Origin: Histomonas meleagridis 2922-C6/04-290x
Taxonomy: Eukaryota; Protista; Parabasalia
Length of the DNA stretch: 64,000 nt
NCBI GenBank assembly: GCA_020184695.1
Contig: JAANOX010000192.1
Coordinates: 49,878 to 113,877, forward strand
Direction: 5' to 3'
The position numbers and the translations under genes are program-made. A model generated the notes under the pieces. That model saw only the letters and a list, made by a program, of their open reading frames with translations, searched no databases and was not told the DNA's origin. Positions within the stretch are counted from its first letter, which is position 1, and each line of letters opens with the position of its first letter. Below, one piece after another: positions 32,590 to 44,324 of the stretch.

Positions 32590-33600
32590 ATGACTGAAGA
32601 AAATCAACCACAATTACCAGAAAATATATCATCCACAATTTCAAAATTACCTGTTGAACTACAATCAGTCATACGACGAAAATGTAGTCGAGATCCAAAA
32701 ACACGTTTCACACATAAAATACATTTATTATTAGCATTTATCTTAAATAATCCCAATCTTGAAGATGAAATAGGAATTGGTTGGGTTTCGGAACAAGAAT
32801 TTCGTATAAACAAAAAACGGCTTGTAGAATTACTTGGTATCAAAATGAACTCCATGAATGTCAATCTTCATGATTTAGGATTTCGAAAAATGCAACATGA
32901 AAAAAATGGTTGGACCAGATGGACTCGTGATGGCTTTACAAAAAGTCGAATTTTCATGGATACTAATTTCGATTCACCCAAACATGACATCAAAAAAACT
33001 CGAAAATTCTCGGAAATTCATGAACCATTTGATCGTGTTTATACCCTAGGGTTTATAATTGGAACCTTAAGTGATCGATTTCTTACAAATACACATAACT
33101 TATGGTATAAAATGTTTTCACAAGAAACTAATGCCATTATTTCAAATCAGCTATTTTTAGAGAAATTAGCCGAGAATGTAAAACAAGCTGAGCAACCATT
33201 ACAAAATGCTCTTGATGTTCTCAAGTCGATAATTTCCGTTGATAACCCATCAACTTTATCATTTTTGGATTTATTAAAGTTTATGGCTGTTTTTGGCCCA
33301 AAAGATTCTGTTATGATGAAGATACATTCTCTCATCAGTTGTCCATCAAGTAATAGATGGTTATTTTTTAACACGCCGAACCCTAACGACATATCTTCTA
33401 TGACATATTACGCTCATTTCGATCAAACAGAGTTAAATTGTTTGGTTTTCACATTCGAAAACGGAACAACGAAAAAGGTTTGGAACATGCCATTGATCGA
33501 AGCATACGGAAGCTATTTGATAGACGAAACTGTTAAAACTTATACATCATGGAAAAGTTTTTATTCTCAAAACCTTTCTTCGATTTCTTTTAAGTATTAA
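32590..33600 (+). CDS. IBP39: Initiator-binding protein 39 (IBP39) homologue
   Basis: IBD: RKCSRDPKTRFTHKIHLLL…EIGIGW…LLGIKMNSMNVNLHDLGF…HEKNGWTRWTRDGFTK, plus a C-terminal domain; 336 aa. Confidence 0.85.
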   Translation: MTEENQPQLPENISSTISKLPVELQSVIRRKCSRDPKTRFTHKIHLLLAFILNNPNLEDEIGIGWVSEQEFRINKKRLVELLGIKMNSMNVNLHDLGFRKMQHEKNGWTRWTRDGFTKSRIFMDTNFDSPKHDIKKTRKFSEIHEPFDRVYTLGFIIGTLSDRFLTNTHNLWYKMFSQETNAIISNQLFLEKLAENVKQAEQPLQNALDVLKSIISVDNPSTLSFLDLLKFMAVFGPKDSVMMKIHSLISCPSSNRWLFFNTPNPNDISSMTYYAHFDQTELNCLVFTFENGTTKKVWNMPLIEAYGSYLIDETVKTYTSWKSFYSQNLSSISFKY

Positions 33601-33999
33601 ATGCGTTGTTATTAATAAATAAATAATTTTTTTTTGTTTTCTTTTCAGAGCAGTTACTAAAAAAAATTATTAACTTTAAAACGATCCCTTGCTTGAATTT
33701 TAGATATGACATTTAAATTTTGTCCAATATCATAACCTTTCGGGTTATCATAATTTAATTTTGTTTATTTCTCTTAAAAGAGCTTGCTTTTGTGTTCAAT
33801 AAGTTAAAACTAATGAAATAAGAGTAAGTTGTTAAACTTAAAGACAACAAGTCAAAAATTTTAAACGTAATTGATCGACAAATTGTGAATTTAATTTCTG
33901 ACCGGTCAGAATAAAACCGAACAAAGTCACACAAAAAGTCCGTTAACACGCGTCGATATCTATCGTATTTAATCACTTTTTGAATAAGATTTCGGATTT

Positions 34000-35598
34000 A
34001 TGAGATGGAACAACGAAAAGTTCGAGAAAACATTCGAACAAGACATAAAACTAAGGAAAGGAGTCGTCTTTGAAAGCAAGCAACAAAGGGAAATTGCAAA
34101 TTCTTTATTTGATCAATTTTTACTAATTGGTGTACCACCAAATTCATCTACTTCTCCAACAATCCTTGCTGCTTTTCCACCATTTGTTAATCCAAACTTC
34201 TCTTTATCAAACGTAATTCAATTTTGCTTTCCATCAGGGACTAAAAGACATAACTTAGTTAAAAGCAATGATAGAACAATTCAAGACGAGTTTATATTCC
34301 AAATGACATCTGAAACACATACTATTTATGGTGTTTGTGTTCATGTTTTATGTACAAAAAAACAATCAGAATTACCATTTTATATCTCCAAAAAGACAAA
34401 ACAAAATTCATTTTGCTTTTGTTTACTCACCAGAGTTCCATCCTTTGGTCCGCATTTTGCGTTTCTAACTTTTCTTGCTCTTACAACTTTTGGAAAAATT
34501 CCAATTAATAATTCACTTCCCTCATCCATTCCATTAATGATTCCTATATCTGATCCTATTGATGGACTTGATTTATCAGGGCAATTTGGTTATCATCCAT
34601 CGATAAAAATTCCGCATTATTTTGAGATTGAAATAGCGAAATATTTCAATACCAAAATTTCCTCCCCAATGATTTCTTTTCACAAAAACCTGGAATGTGT
34701 ATTTCCATTAGAAGAAACCCTTAACGGCAAATCAGCTCTATACGCGTCGCTCGACACATTATTTTCACTTTTGTCTCCAATTGATATAATCCGTTTAGTT
34801 AACGGTCTCCTCCTTGATGGGCAAATTCTTGTTATTGGATCAATTTTGCATGAAGTTTCCATGTGCATATATGCCCTTCAAGAGATAATAGCTCCTTTTA
34901 AGTTCTTCGGAACTATTATCCCAATTCTTCCATCGAACGATAACTTTTTCGAATTAATCAATCTTCCAACACCTTTCCTAATTGGTGTAGCTCCATATCC
35001 TAAGCTTAAAACAGTAACTTTCCTTGAGTCAATAATATTTGTTAATCTTGATAAAGGAACTATATCTGACACAAAATCATATCCGACATATCCACAAACA
35101 GAGAAGATTATTTCTAATCTTTCAAAGCTACTATCTCAACACAAGTGTGTTGAGCAAAGTTTAAGCAATGGTGCTCCATCAATTTTTTTAAAAGTTCTCA
35201 ATCATCGATACAGATTCACTCCAAACACTTCGGATGCCATTTGCCAGACCATACTTCGGCCATTTGCGAAGTATTTTACTGAACAACTATGTGGGTTTTT
35301 TGTTACCGATACGACCACAGATGAAAACGGTATCACTATCTTTAATCAAGAACTATTTCTAGCACATGTACCAAGTCGAGAACGCGATTTTTATGACAAT
35401 TTGGTGAACTCGCAGACATTTCGAATGTATGTCGAAAACAGAATCATCGAGTTCCAAGAAAAAAGAGGAATTCACTTGTCAACTAAAGCTGACCCAAGCT
35501 TCGTGCAGGTGCCGGAAGCAAAGGGGGTGATGAGAACAAAAGCATTGGAAATGGAATTCGAAGACGATTCCAATCAATCAACAACAGAATCAAATTAA
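34000..35598 (+). CDS. DENN-domain Rab GEF
   Basis: LFDQFLLIG…ILAAFPP…QFCFPSG (uDENN); LLLDGQILVIG…IIPILP…LPTPFLIG (DENN); FVTD…FNQELFL…SQTFRMYV (dDENN). Confidence 0.9.
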   Translation: MRWNNEKFEKTFEQDIKLRKGVVFESKQQREIANSLFDQFLLIGVPPNSSTSPTILAAFPPFVNPNFSLSNVIQFCFPSGTKRHNLVKSNDRTIQDEFIFQMTSETHTIYGVCVHVLCTKKQSELPFYISKKTKQNSFCFCLLTRVPSFGPHFAFLTFLALTTFGKIPINNSLPSSIPLMIPISDPIDGLDLSGQFGYHPSIKIPHYFEIEIAKYFNTKISSPMISFHKNLECVFPLEETLNGKSALYASLDTLFSLLSPIDIIRLVNGLLLDGQILVIGSILHEVSMCIYALQEIIAPFKFFGTIIPILPSNDNFFELINLPTPFLIGVAPYPKLKTVTFLESIIFVNLDKGTISDTKSYPTYPQTEKIISNLSKLLSQHKCVEQSLSNGAPSIFLKVLNHRYRFTPNTSDAICQTILRPFAKYFTEQLCGFFVTDTTTDENGITIFNQELFLAHVPSRERDFYDNLVNSQTFRMYVENRIIEFQEKRGIHLSTKADPSFVQVPEAKGVMRTKALEMEFEDDSNQSTTESN

Positions 35599-36609
35599 AC
35601 TGTATGTCCACTTAATAAAATAAAAAACCTTTCCAAAATAGAAAATTTCGTGTATTTTTAATTAAACAATTTTTGTTTCTTTATATTTAATTCATAATAT
35701 CAATCTCTATTAAAATGATTTCGCAGTTATTTTTTTTATTGTTTTTTGTTGTTCAGAATGTATCTTTTTTTAAAGTTTAAATAACCTGTAGTAATTTGCT
35801 ATTTATAGGAATATTTTTTTATTCTAAGTTTTAATTATTTAATGGTTACTTGATTTGATAATATTGGCTTTATATGGTGATAATAAAAGTTGAATTAAAA
35901 TATAAATGAAATATTTAAATCAACTTTCTGAAAATGAAAGGCAAATCATATTCATTCTTGAATGTGCTTCAAGAAAAAGATCTTCCATTCGAATGGAAAT
36001 AGAAAATGGGCTAATTTAGATCTCAGGAGATAAAGGAGCATTGGATATTTTGGTGCCATTAAAGAAAATAATATAATTTAATCCTTCTGATTTTATAGAA
36101 TTATGTAATTAATTTTTTATTATCATAATAAAAGCTTTCTATTATCTCCATCAATATAAAATATAATTTACAAATGCATATGAGCAAAGATTCCTATTTA
36201 TATTCAAGATCTGAAAGAATTACATTCCAGTAGATGATATTTTACACGTTAATATTACTAGCTAATACTAATAGCATCCATTTTAGTAAAGATTTTAGAC
36301 GACAGTGTCATCACGACACATACACAGAAATTTATAATTTATATCTTAATGAAATCTAAGAGAAATATTTTAACTATAAATGCATAATATTTTTTTTAAA
36401 GTCTTTTATTTGATAATGATATATAATTAAAATTATGTGACAATTTTTTTTATTTATATAGCCAAAAACAAACACCAGAGTTAATTTTTCAATTCCAAAT
36501 TATTAATAACATTTTCATTCCAAAACAATTGAAATGTTAAAATTTAAAATGAATATTTAATAAAATAAATATATAAAATTATTCATTGTATTACATTTTA
36601 TTCATTCAT

Positions 36610-38552
36610 TTAATCGACTTCTTCAACACGTGGTCCTGATGAATGTCCACTATTTGCTGATGGTCCACTTCCTCCTTGCATGTTCGCGCCCGGCATTCCG
36701 CCTTGTGCGCCGCCTGCTGCATGTTGATAAGCCGCTTGCATAATTGGCATTAGTTTGCCTTCGAGCTCCTTCTGCTTCGCTTCGATTGTAGCGACGTCTG
36801 CGTCTTGGTTAGACTCGATCCATGCGAGCGTGTCGTTGATTTCCTTGTTAATTGTGTCCTTATCTGATTGTGACAATGCGTTAGCGAATTGTTCTTGATT
36901 TAATGAGTTGCGTACGCCGAAGCAGTATCCTTCGAGTGCGTTCTTCGCTTCGACTTTCTTTCGTACTTCTTCATCTTGTGCTTTGTACTTCTGCGTCTGC
37001 AACCATTTTGTCGATATCTGCTTGTGAAAGACGTCCTTTCTCATTCTTAATCGTAATCTTCTTCACGTTACCTGTCGACTTATCTTGTGCTGGAAACGTT
37101 CATAATACCATCCGCGTTAACATCGAATGTAACTTCAATCTGTGGTACGCCGCGTGGTGCTGGCGGAATGCCTGTTAAATCGAATGTACCGAGTAAGTTG
37201 TTGTCGCATGTTCGCGAACGTTCTCCTTCATAAACTTTGATTGTAACTGCGGGCTGATTATCTGAGAATGTCGTGAAGACATTTGACTTCTTCGCTGGAA
37301 TTGTTGTGTTACGTGGAATGAGCACTGTCATCATTCCGCCAGCTGTTTCGATACCTAATGAAAGTGGTGCAACATCTAACAATAAAATATCTTTCACTGT
37401 ATCTGATGTATCGCCTTTGATAATTGCTGCTTGCACTGCTGCGCCATATGCAACTGCTTCATCCGGATCAACACCACGGCATGGCTGCTTGCCATTGAAG
37501 AAGTCTTGTAGCAATTGTTGGACACGTGGAATACGTGATGAACCTCCAACTAAAACTATATCAGTGACATCTGACTTCGACATGTTTGCATCCCTTAATA
37601 CTTGTGCAACTGGTGTCATCGTCGATCTGAATAATTCGTCATTTAAGTTCTCGAACATTGCACGTGAAATGTTATCCATGAAGTCGTGGCCTTCATATAA
37701 TGAATCGCAAACAATTGATGCGGATGTGGCTGTGGATAATGTTCGCTTAGCTCGTTCGCATGCTGTGCGTAATGTACGGAGTGCACGTGGCGATTGTCTT
37801 AAATCGCATTTGAACTTCTTCTGGAAACGATCTGCAAAGTAATTAACCATACGATTATCAAAGTCTTCGCCGCCAAGATGTGTATCGCCTGCTGTGGCAC
37901 GCACTTCGAACATGCCGCCATCGATATCAAGTAATGAAACATCAAATGTACCGCCGCCAAGATCGAAAATAAGAACATGACGCTCTTTATCGGATTTTTC
38001 GTTAAGACCAAATGCAATTGCGGCGGCTGTTGGCTCATTAATAATACGTAATACATTTAATCCGGCTATGACACCGGCATCTTTTGTGGCTTGACGTTGA
38101 CCATCATTGAAATATGCTGGAACTGTAATAACTGCATCTTTGACTTTGTCTGTAAGTTGACTTTCTGCAATTTCTTTCATTTTACCTAACACCATAGCTG
38201 AGATTTCTTCTGGATAAAATTGTTTTGTTTCACCTTTCCATTGGACTTGAATTCTTGGACGATCTGCTTCACCGCGAACAACTTTGAATGGCCAATGTTG
38301 CATATCTTTTTGAACAACTGGATCACTAAACTTACGGCCAATCATACGCTTGGCATCAAATACTGTGTTTGTTGGATTCATGGCTGCTTGGTTCTTCGCA
38401 GCATCACCAACAAGTCTTTCATCTTCTGTAAATGCAACATAAGACGGTGTTGTACGATTACCCATATCATTTGCTATAATATCAACACGATTATGTCTGA
38501 AAACACCGACACAACTGTATGTTGTACCTAAATCAATACCTATAGCTGACAT
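36610..38552 (-). CDS. HSP70: Cytosolic Hsp70 with two small frameshifts (~37092 and ~36990)
   Basis: Motifs [23 protein letters not shown] and [11 protein letters not shown]; C-terminal EEVD. The conserved NVSAQDKSTG…DKMVADAE is encoded in a third frame bridging the two ORF-track ORFs. Confidence 0.93.
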
Positions 38553-38555
38553 AAT

Positions 38556-38565
38556 AAAAAAATGA
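38556..38565 (-). promoter_or_regulatory. Initiator (Inr) element upstream of HSP70
   Basis: TCATTTTTTT three nt before the ATG. Similar TCAY/TCAG-pyrimidine elements precede the SnoaL gene (39135-28), Sec24 (57629-23) and the enolase pseudogene (32543-33), matching the known trichomonad Inr. Confidence 0.6.
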
Positions 38566-38695
38566 TCTTATGAAGGCATATTTTGGTTGAGCATTTAATG
38601 ATTCAATTTAAATATTCGACCATTTAAAGTATTGAAATCACAAAAACGTTTAAATAAAAAAAAAAAAAAAAATCTTGTTAAATAGGGTTTTTATT

Positions 38696-39124
38696 TTAGT
38701 GTTTAGCAGAAAGAGGACTGTCGGAAAGAGCCCAGCCTTCAACAACACGTACACCTATAGGTTCTGGATTCTGCTTAAAGTTAACAAATTCCATAGTGTG
38801 TTGTAAGATTTCTTCATTTGTATCAAGATTCTTTACCTTAACACAGTAGCGAATTGCTGCCCAATCATCCTTAATAATCATATTATCGAATTCACCCAGT
38901 TCCATAGTGTAATGTTGGAAAAGTTGTCCCATCATATCTTTATATTGTTGTAATGTTAATCGGTGGCCATATACATTATAATGCGCATCTGGTTCATATA
39001 ATGTATTACACCATTCTAACCAACCATCATACCCACCATTCCAGTTCTTGAATCCATTTACAAGACGATCACGGATTGCTTCTTCCATATTTGGTGCACT
39101 TTGTATCTTTTGTGCTTCTGACAT
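38696..39124 (-). CDS. SnoaL-like/NTF2-fold small protein
   Basis: 142 aa, preceded by an Inr. LYEPDAHYNVYG…MIIKDDWAAIRY…MEFVNF…VVEGW resembles SnoaL-like cyclase folds. Confidence 0.6.
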   Translation of the reverse strand: MSEAQKIQSAPNMEEAIRDRLVNGFKNWNGGYDGWLEWCNTLYEPDAHYNVYGHRLTLQQYKDMMGQLFQHYTMELGEFDNMIIKDDWAAIRYCVKVKNLDTNEEILQHTMEFVNFKQNPEPIGVRVVEGWALSDSPLSAKH

Positions 39125-39238
39125 TATAAAAATGATTATCTAAAGAAACTTTTCACCGGAAATGTATATTCTCGGTGAACATCATCCAATCAATTCACCA
39201 TTCCATCATAAACTATTCAATATTTCATTTACAGAACT

Positions 39239-39442
39239 TTACCCGTCACCGGTGACGGTGATCGTTTTTCCAAGAAAAATACAAAAGCGAATAACCGTCG
39301 CTTTATCCAAATGTTGATTAAACAAGACTGCATCATTATTAATTAAATGTCGTTCGACTACATCATCATATTTCAAATTGTGTGTGACTTTATCAATTTC
39401 TTCTTGTCTTAAATCCCTTAAAGAACTCTTATACTTGTTCAA
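39239..39442 (-). pseudogene. Possible short fragment of an RNA polymerase largest subunit
   Basis: LKYDDVVERHLINNDAVLFNQ resembles the conserved G(D/Y)xVERHxxDGDxVxFNRQPxLH, then diverges. There is no ATG start. Confidence 0.35.
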
Positions 39443-39637
39443 ACACCTGAGATTTAAACGGTTTCATTAGTGATGAACTTTTTCAATATGCTGATCCTAT
39501 GAAAATAAGTAAAAAAGAAATTAAATTTTATTTTTATTGACATCGAATTAAACAGAAATTACATATCAAAATATTACTTTTTAATTTTATTCCATATATT
39601 CCAAATCTATTTACACATAAAATACCAAACAAAAATT

Positions 39638-40741
39638 CTATTTCATTGGACTGATAATGATTGACTGCCTCAAAGCGTTTGACGTTTCCTGCAACAAGAA
39701 CAGCTGCTCCTCGTCCATTTCCTCTTCTTCCTCCTCTTCTTCCTTAATGAAGTCATCTTCAATGAAGTCGTCTTCGATTACCATTTCTTCTTCTTCGTTT
39801 TCATCATCTTCGTCGATGAAGTCATTAAATGGAATATTTTCTTGTTCATTAGCATTTGTATTATTCATTAAGTTTAAGTTCAATAATCTTTTTCGCTTTG
39901 GCGAATTAATTTGCTTCGATATTATTGTTTGGTTCTTGTTGATAATGTTAATTGCGCCTTTTGTAATTATTTTCATTTGTTTTTATTTCGCGTGCTGTTG
40001 GACGTTGATGTGGATCAAGTGATAACATTCGGTTAACAAGGTTTTTAAGGTCATCAGAATATATGTTCGGGATGTCCTCGTGTTCCCCTTTAGTTACAAT
40101 GGAACAAAGCGCTAATGCATTAGGCGCTTCATATGGTTTTTTAAGTGCGCATAGTTCATAAAGAATAACACCCAAACTATAAATATCAGAATGAGAATCA
40201 TATGGCTTGCCTTCCCAGATCTCTGGGGATAAGTAATATGGTGTCCCAATGACTGTATTGGCCATGTGTCAAATGTATTGTCAAGTGATCGAGCTACCCC
40301 AAAATCTCCAAGTTTGATCATGTTGGTCTTGGTTACAAAAATGTTGTCGGGTTTAAGATCACGATGAAGAATATGATTGGAATGAATATAATCAATGACG
40401 GAAACAAGTTGGACAAAATAATGGAGAACTTCTGATTCACGAAAAAGAGTTCCATGGCGTTTTTTGATGACTTTGCCTAAATCACCACCTTCAATGTACT
40501 CCATGACAATATAAAGTTTCTCGTTTTTTGTCCATGATTCTTTATAGGAAACAATATTTGGATGATGGAGTTTGGAAAGAAGCTGAGCTTCTTTGAGGGC
40601 TTTTGATTTTTCTGTTCTATTGAGATGCTTCAGTTTAATTGTTTTGATTGCAACAATTTCATTTGTGTGAATGTTGCGTGCTTTGTATACTTTTCCATAT
40701 GATCCTTTCCCAATTATTTCTGCATCTTTGTATTTTTCCAT
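39638..40741 (-). CDS. NEK-family Ser/Thr kinase with two frameshifts and an acidic tail
   Basis: IIGKGSYG, VAIK, HRDLKPDNIF, DFGVARSLDNTFD|MANTVIGTPYYLSPE, DIYSLG, RPTAREIK|QMKII… and a poly-Glu tail. There is an extra CA at ~40266 and an extra A at ~39982. Confidence 0.88.
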
Positions 40742-41256
40742 AGCAGTGGAACCTAAAAAGTGGCGGCAAATAATCGCTTCAGAAACCAACTTAGTTAACG
40801 GTTTCAATAATCAAATTTTCACATAACATTTCGGTGACTTCGCTTTTTTAGTGTAAAAGCACACTAAATTTTTCATTAAGTTTGATGATAAATCAGCAAG
40901 AAATTTTAAATAAACAATGTTCGAGTATAGTAGATAAATGAGGTTTTATATCTCTTTATCGAATGTACTATATCTATCAAAAATTAGAATTAATAAACAA
41001 ATAGAATACAAATCATTTCATAACATATTAATCATTTACAAAATTGAAACGGAGGATTTATCAGCAGAGCATGGACTCTGAGATTTGTGCAGCTTATTAT
41101 CGGAATTATTGAGCTTATTATCGGAATTAATATGAAAGATCATCACTCCCAAAGAAGCTTACTTTACACCATTCAAATAAAATATTTTTCAAGTGGACGT
41201 TGTTGCTTTGACTTTTCGAGGTATATACAGAACATATTTAAAATTTTATTAATCTT

Positions 41257-41761
41257 TTAATCATACAAAATTAAGCAAGCAAGATTTGAAACCAAAAGTG
41301 CTGCCAGAATAGTGAAAACAATCGATGAAGCTTTGTAAGCAGGATAAATTGCGATTGTGAAAAGTATTAGAAATGCTATAACAAATATAATTGCGGCAAT
41401 TGAAAGGAAATGTAAATGCAGCCATACCATTCTCATTCTGTTCCTTCTGTATTCGTTGGATTTTACCAAAATATATGCACATAAAATAAAAGATATGAAA
41501 AAACATACCATTGAAAATTTGAAAGTGAGAGATGAAAATACAAAATTTGTTCTACATCTTTCCATAAATGAAGTTGCATAAAAAACGAAAGCTATCATTG
41601 AAGTCGTTGCAATTATCCAAATCCAAAATCGTACCTTTGGATGATGCCCTTCAACTTCGTATCGGTGGCGATAGTATTCAGGATTGTAAGGAATGTCATG
41701 ATTTACATGAGGGCGTTCATGCATTTTCTGGATATTTTGACGATTTAGCCACTTTTGCCAT
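41257..41761 (-). CDS. Small four-TM membrane protein (TMEM128-like)
   Basis: Four hydrophobic helices. The in-frame ATG is at 41724; an Inr-preceded ATG at 41761 is in another frame. Confidence 0.5.
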
Positions 41762-42508
41762 TGAAAAAACTGTTTATTTTGATTTGACACATGCGAAGTA
41801 TTTGAAGCCAAAATGCAGATCAATAATTATTATAAAAATTATTTTGTTGAAGATAAATTGCCAATTGATTGACTATTATTTAGGCGCACAATAAAAATAT
41901 TAGTATCTTTCTTGGCTGATATTTTTCAACATGAATTTCATTCAGAACTCATAAATTTAGCTCATTAAATTATAAAATTTAAGAATAATTTCAATAATAT
42001 GGTGTTAAATAGATTAAAGTGAATGAAAACAACATGGTGGTGTAAAATAAAAACGTTAGAAATAATATCGTTAGAAATAATATCGTCGAAAGCAAACTGC
42101 CATGAACATTTTTAATCGTTATAATTTATTTGTTTGCATTCACAAAAAGTATACTCTCAAAAAGCTGCTATCAAAAAATATCGACGTTCAAAAAATTGTA
42201 TCGAAGAACCTAGGACGTATAGTAAATTACCGTCGTAAATTAAAATAAAACCCAACTTTTTGTGTTCAAAAAGATGGAGGGTTTGTGATAACGAATTAAA
42301 ATTAATATTTCCCAATATAGAAGTAAAAACTATTAAAAATATTAATGTATCAAATTTAATAAATGATTTCCTTCTCATGTAATGCTTTAGTTTGTCGATT
42401 TAGCACGAATACAATGAAAAATTTTGATATTATTGAGTTTTGAGTTCCACACAAAAATCAAAAAATTCAATCAAGCATTGAATTGAAGTAAAGTATTTAA
42501 TTCTATAG

Positions 42509-43282
42509 ATGGAACAAGGACAAGAAGAAAAGACGCAACCCGTTCAAAAGAAGTATTTTCCAATCGGAGGGAAAAACAAACTCCACGACTCAGATATAAA
42601 CTTCATCCACAAGCCACTAAATATGCAATCTCTTGCATATGCAAATTCATATGTTTCCCCAGGCATTTATTTAAAGAAGCCCAATCCTCTTCCCGATATT
42701 TATACTACATGCCCTGAACTTAAACAGTTTAAACCCATAATTTCATTCCAAAACCAAGTAATCCAAAAATCCCGCCCACCAAGTTTCGACCCAGAAAAAA
42801 CAATAATTGTTCCATCAGAGCTCGGATTTATTCCGGAATCTGATTGGTCTGCCAAAGCCTTTTCATTATGGGAATTAAGGGAAAAGTATTTCATGCGAAG
42901 AAATGGAGCCATTCGTCAATTTGACTGCAAGCTTTTCAACGCCCTTCGAATAACATTAAAATACCCAGATGCTTATCAATTCGTTGGAGCAATCTGGATC
43001 ACAAATTCAATAATGAAAATTGATTCTCAAATTTTTGCACATCTTTTAAACATCCACGCTGTTCAAGGCGGTTTATTCCACAAACAGGGCAACTTCTCAA
43101 GGCATGGATTTCAACATATACTTCGGAGCAGCTCAATTTCCTTGATGAAGAGCCCCGATTGTAGTGATGTTGACGATTATCAAGTTCGATTATACCAAGA
43201 TAAAGCAGTGAATGGATTCCGTGATGGCTATTTCCGGTTTACGAGGGATTTTGAGCCGTCTTGTTTCGGTCGAACGAATTAA
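42509..43282 (+). CDS. Initiator-binding-domain (IBD) family protein
   Basis: YFMRRNG…FDCKLFNALRIT…VGAIWIT…FAHLLNI…GGLFHKQGNFSRHGF. Confidence 0.85.
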   Translation: MEQGQEEKTQPVQKKYFPIGGKNKLHDSDINFIHKPLNMQSLAYANSYVSPGIYLKKPNPLPDIYTTCPELKQFKPIISFQNQVIQKSRPPSFDPEKTIIVPSELGFIPESDWSAKAFSLWELREKYFMRRNGAIRQFDCKLFNALRITLKYPDAYQFVGAIWITNSIMKIDSQIFAHLLNIHAVQGGLFHKQGNFSRHGFQHILRSSSISLMKSPDCSDVDDYQVRLYQDKAVNGFRDGYFRFTRDFEPSCFGRTN

Positions 43283-44324
43283 TTCCGATTCAAGTTTCAA
43301 TAAAACTAGAATTTTTCAATTCTATAGTTCTCATTCAAAAAGTCAAAAACGCAATGAGGCGGGTTCAAATGCAATTGAAGTTGCTATCGTTTTTGCAACC
43401 GCGAATAAATTTGTCCGCAATTCAGCAATTGCAAACGTTCGTCAGTTTCTCTGACGACGAAAAATAACAGTTATTTTACAACGATTTATCCGAACTTTGA
43501 TTCAAAAGCGATATTGAAAAGCTTCTTTATTGAGACATTGAAAAATTGAATATTAATCGTTTTATAACGACGATAAATCGTTGGATTGTGTACAGAACGA
43601 TAGTACAAACGTTTTTCGATGCGTTAGCAAAAATTTCTTTTTCATGATTATATTATGATTTTTGAGGAAAAATATTGAGGTCACATTGTAAAACTTCCTG
43701 TTTTTTTGTCATATTATAATTGTTACATCAAGGATTCATACCATCTATAAGGTTTTCCAAATTAATGAGGAATATTCCCGAAAAGTTTATCTTATCAAAA
43801 AGTTATTTTATGGTAATTCAATTTGCCCGACCAAATTTTTTCAGATATGTGAAAAATGATATTCATCGTCAAAATTTGGAGTAATTATTGTTTGATGTTC
43901 CATCACTAAACTTCCATTTTTTTGTGGCTCCAAAAGAAATCGATTTCGTTCAAAAATTGTTTGATATGTTGCTCGATATTTAAGTCAGCAACAAAAGCAT
44001 CGTTTTACATGCGTTGGGATAATAACAAGCAAGTTATCTGATATTGAATAGATCTCAAAAGGCTGTACTTCTTATTTCGAAATAATATATTTCTATTTGA
44101 AATAAAAATTGAATATCCGATAAAATTTGTGTTATTGAAGTATGAACGGATTTGTAAATTCTTTACTGAAAACCCTAATTTGCTTTCTGTGAGACGATTT
44201 AAGTTTTATGGCGATTTACTTTCTTCATAGAAATCTTAACGTCTTTTACGACTTTTCGAATTTTGCTCTCTTAATTCCATTGAAAATTTTGTAAATTTGA
44301 AAGAATTGAATTCTGACCTCTAAA

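Noticed and set aside
37080-37095. Euplotes-style +1 frameshift at the AGA-TAA of Hsp70
   Set aside because: The conserved SAQD residues are already in the shifted frame before the stop, so the lesion is an upstream indel.
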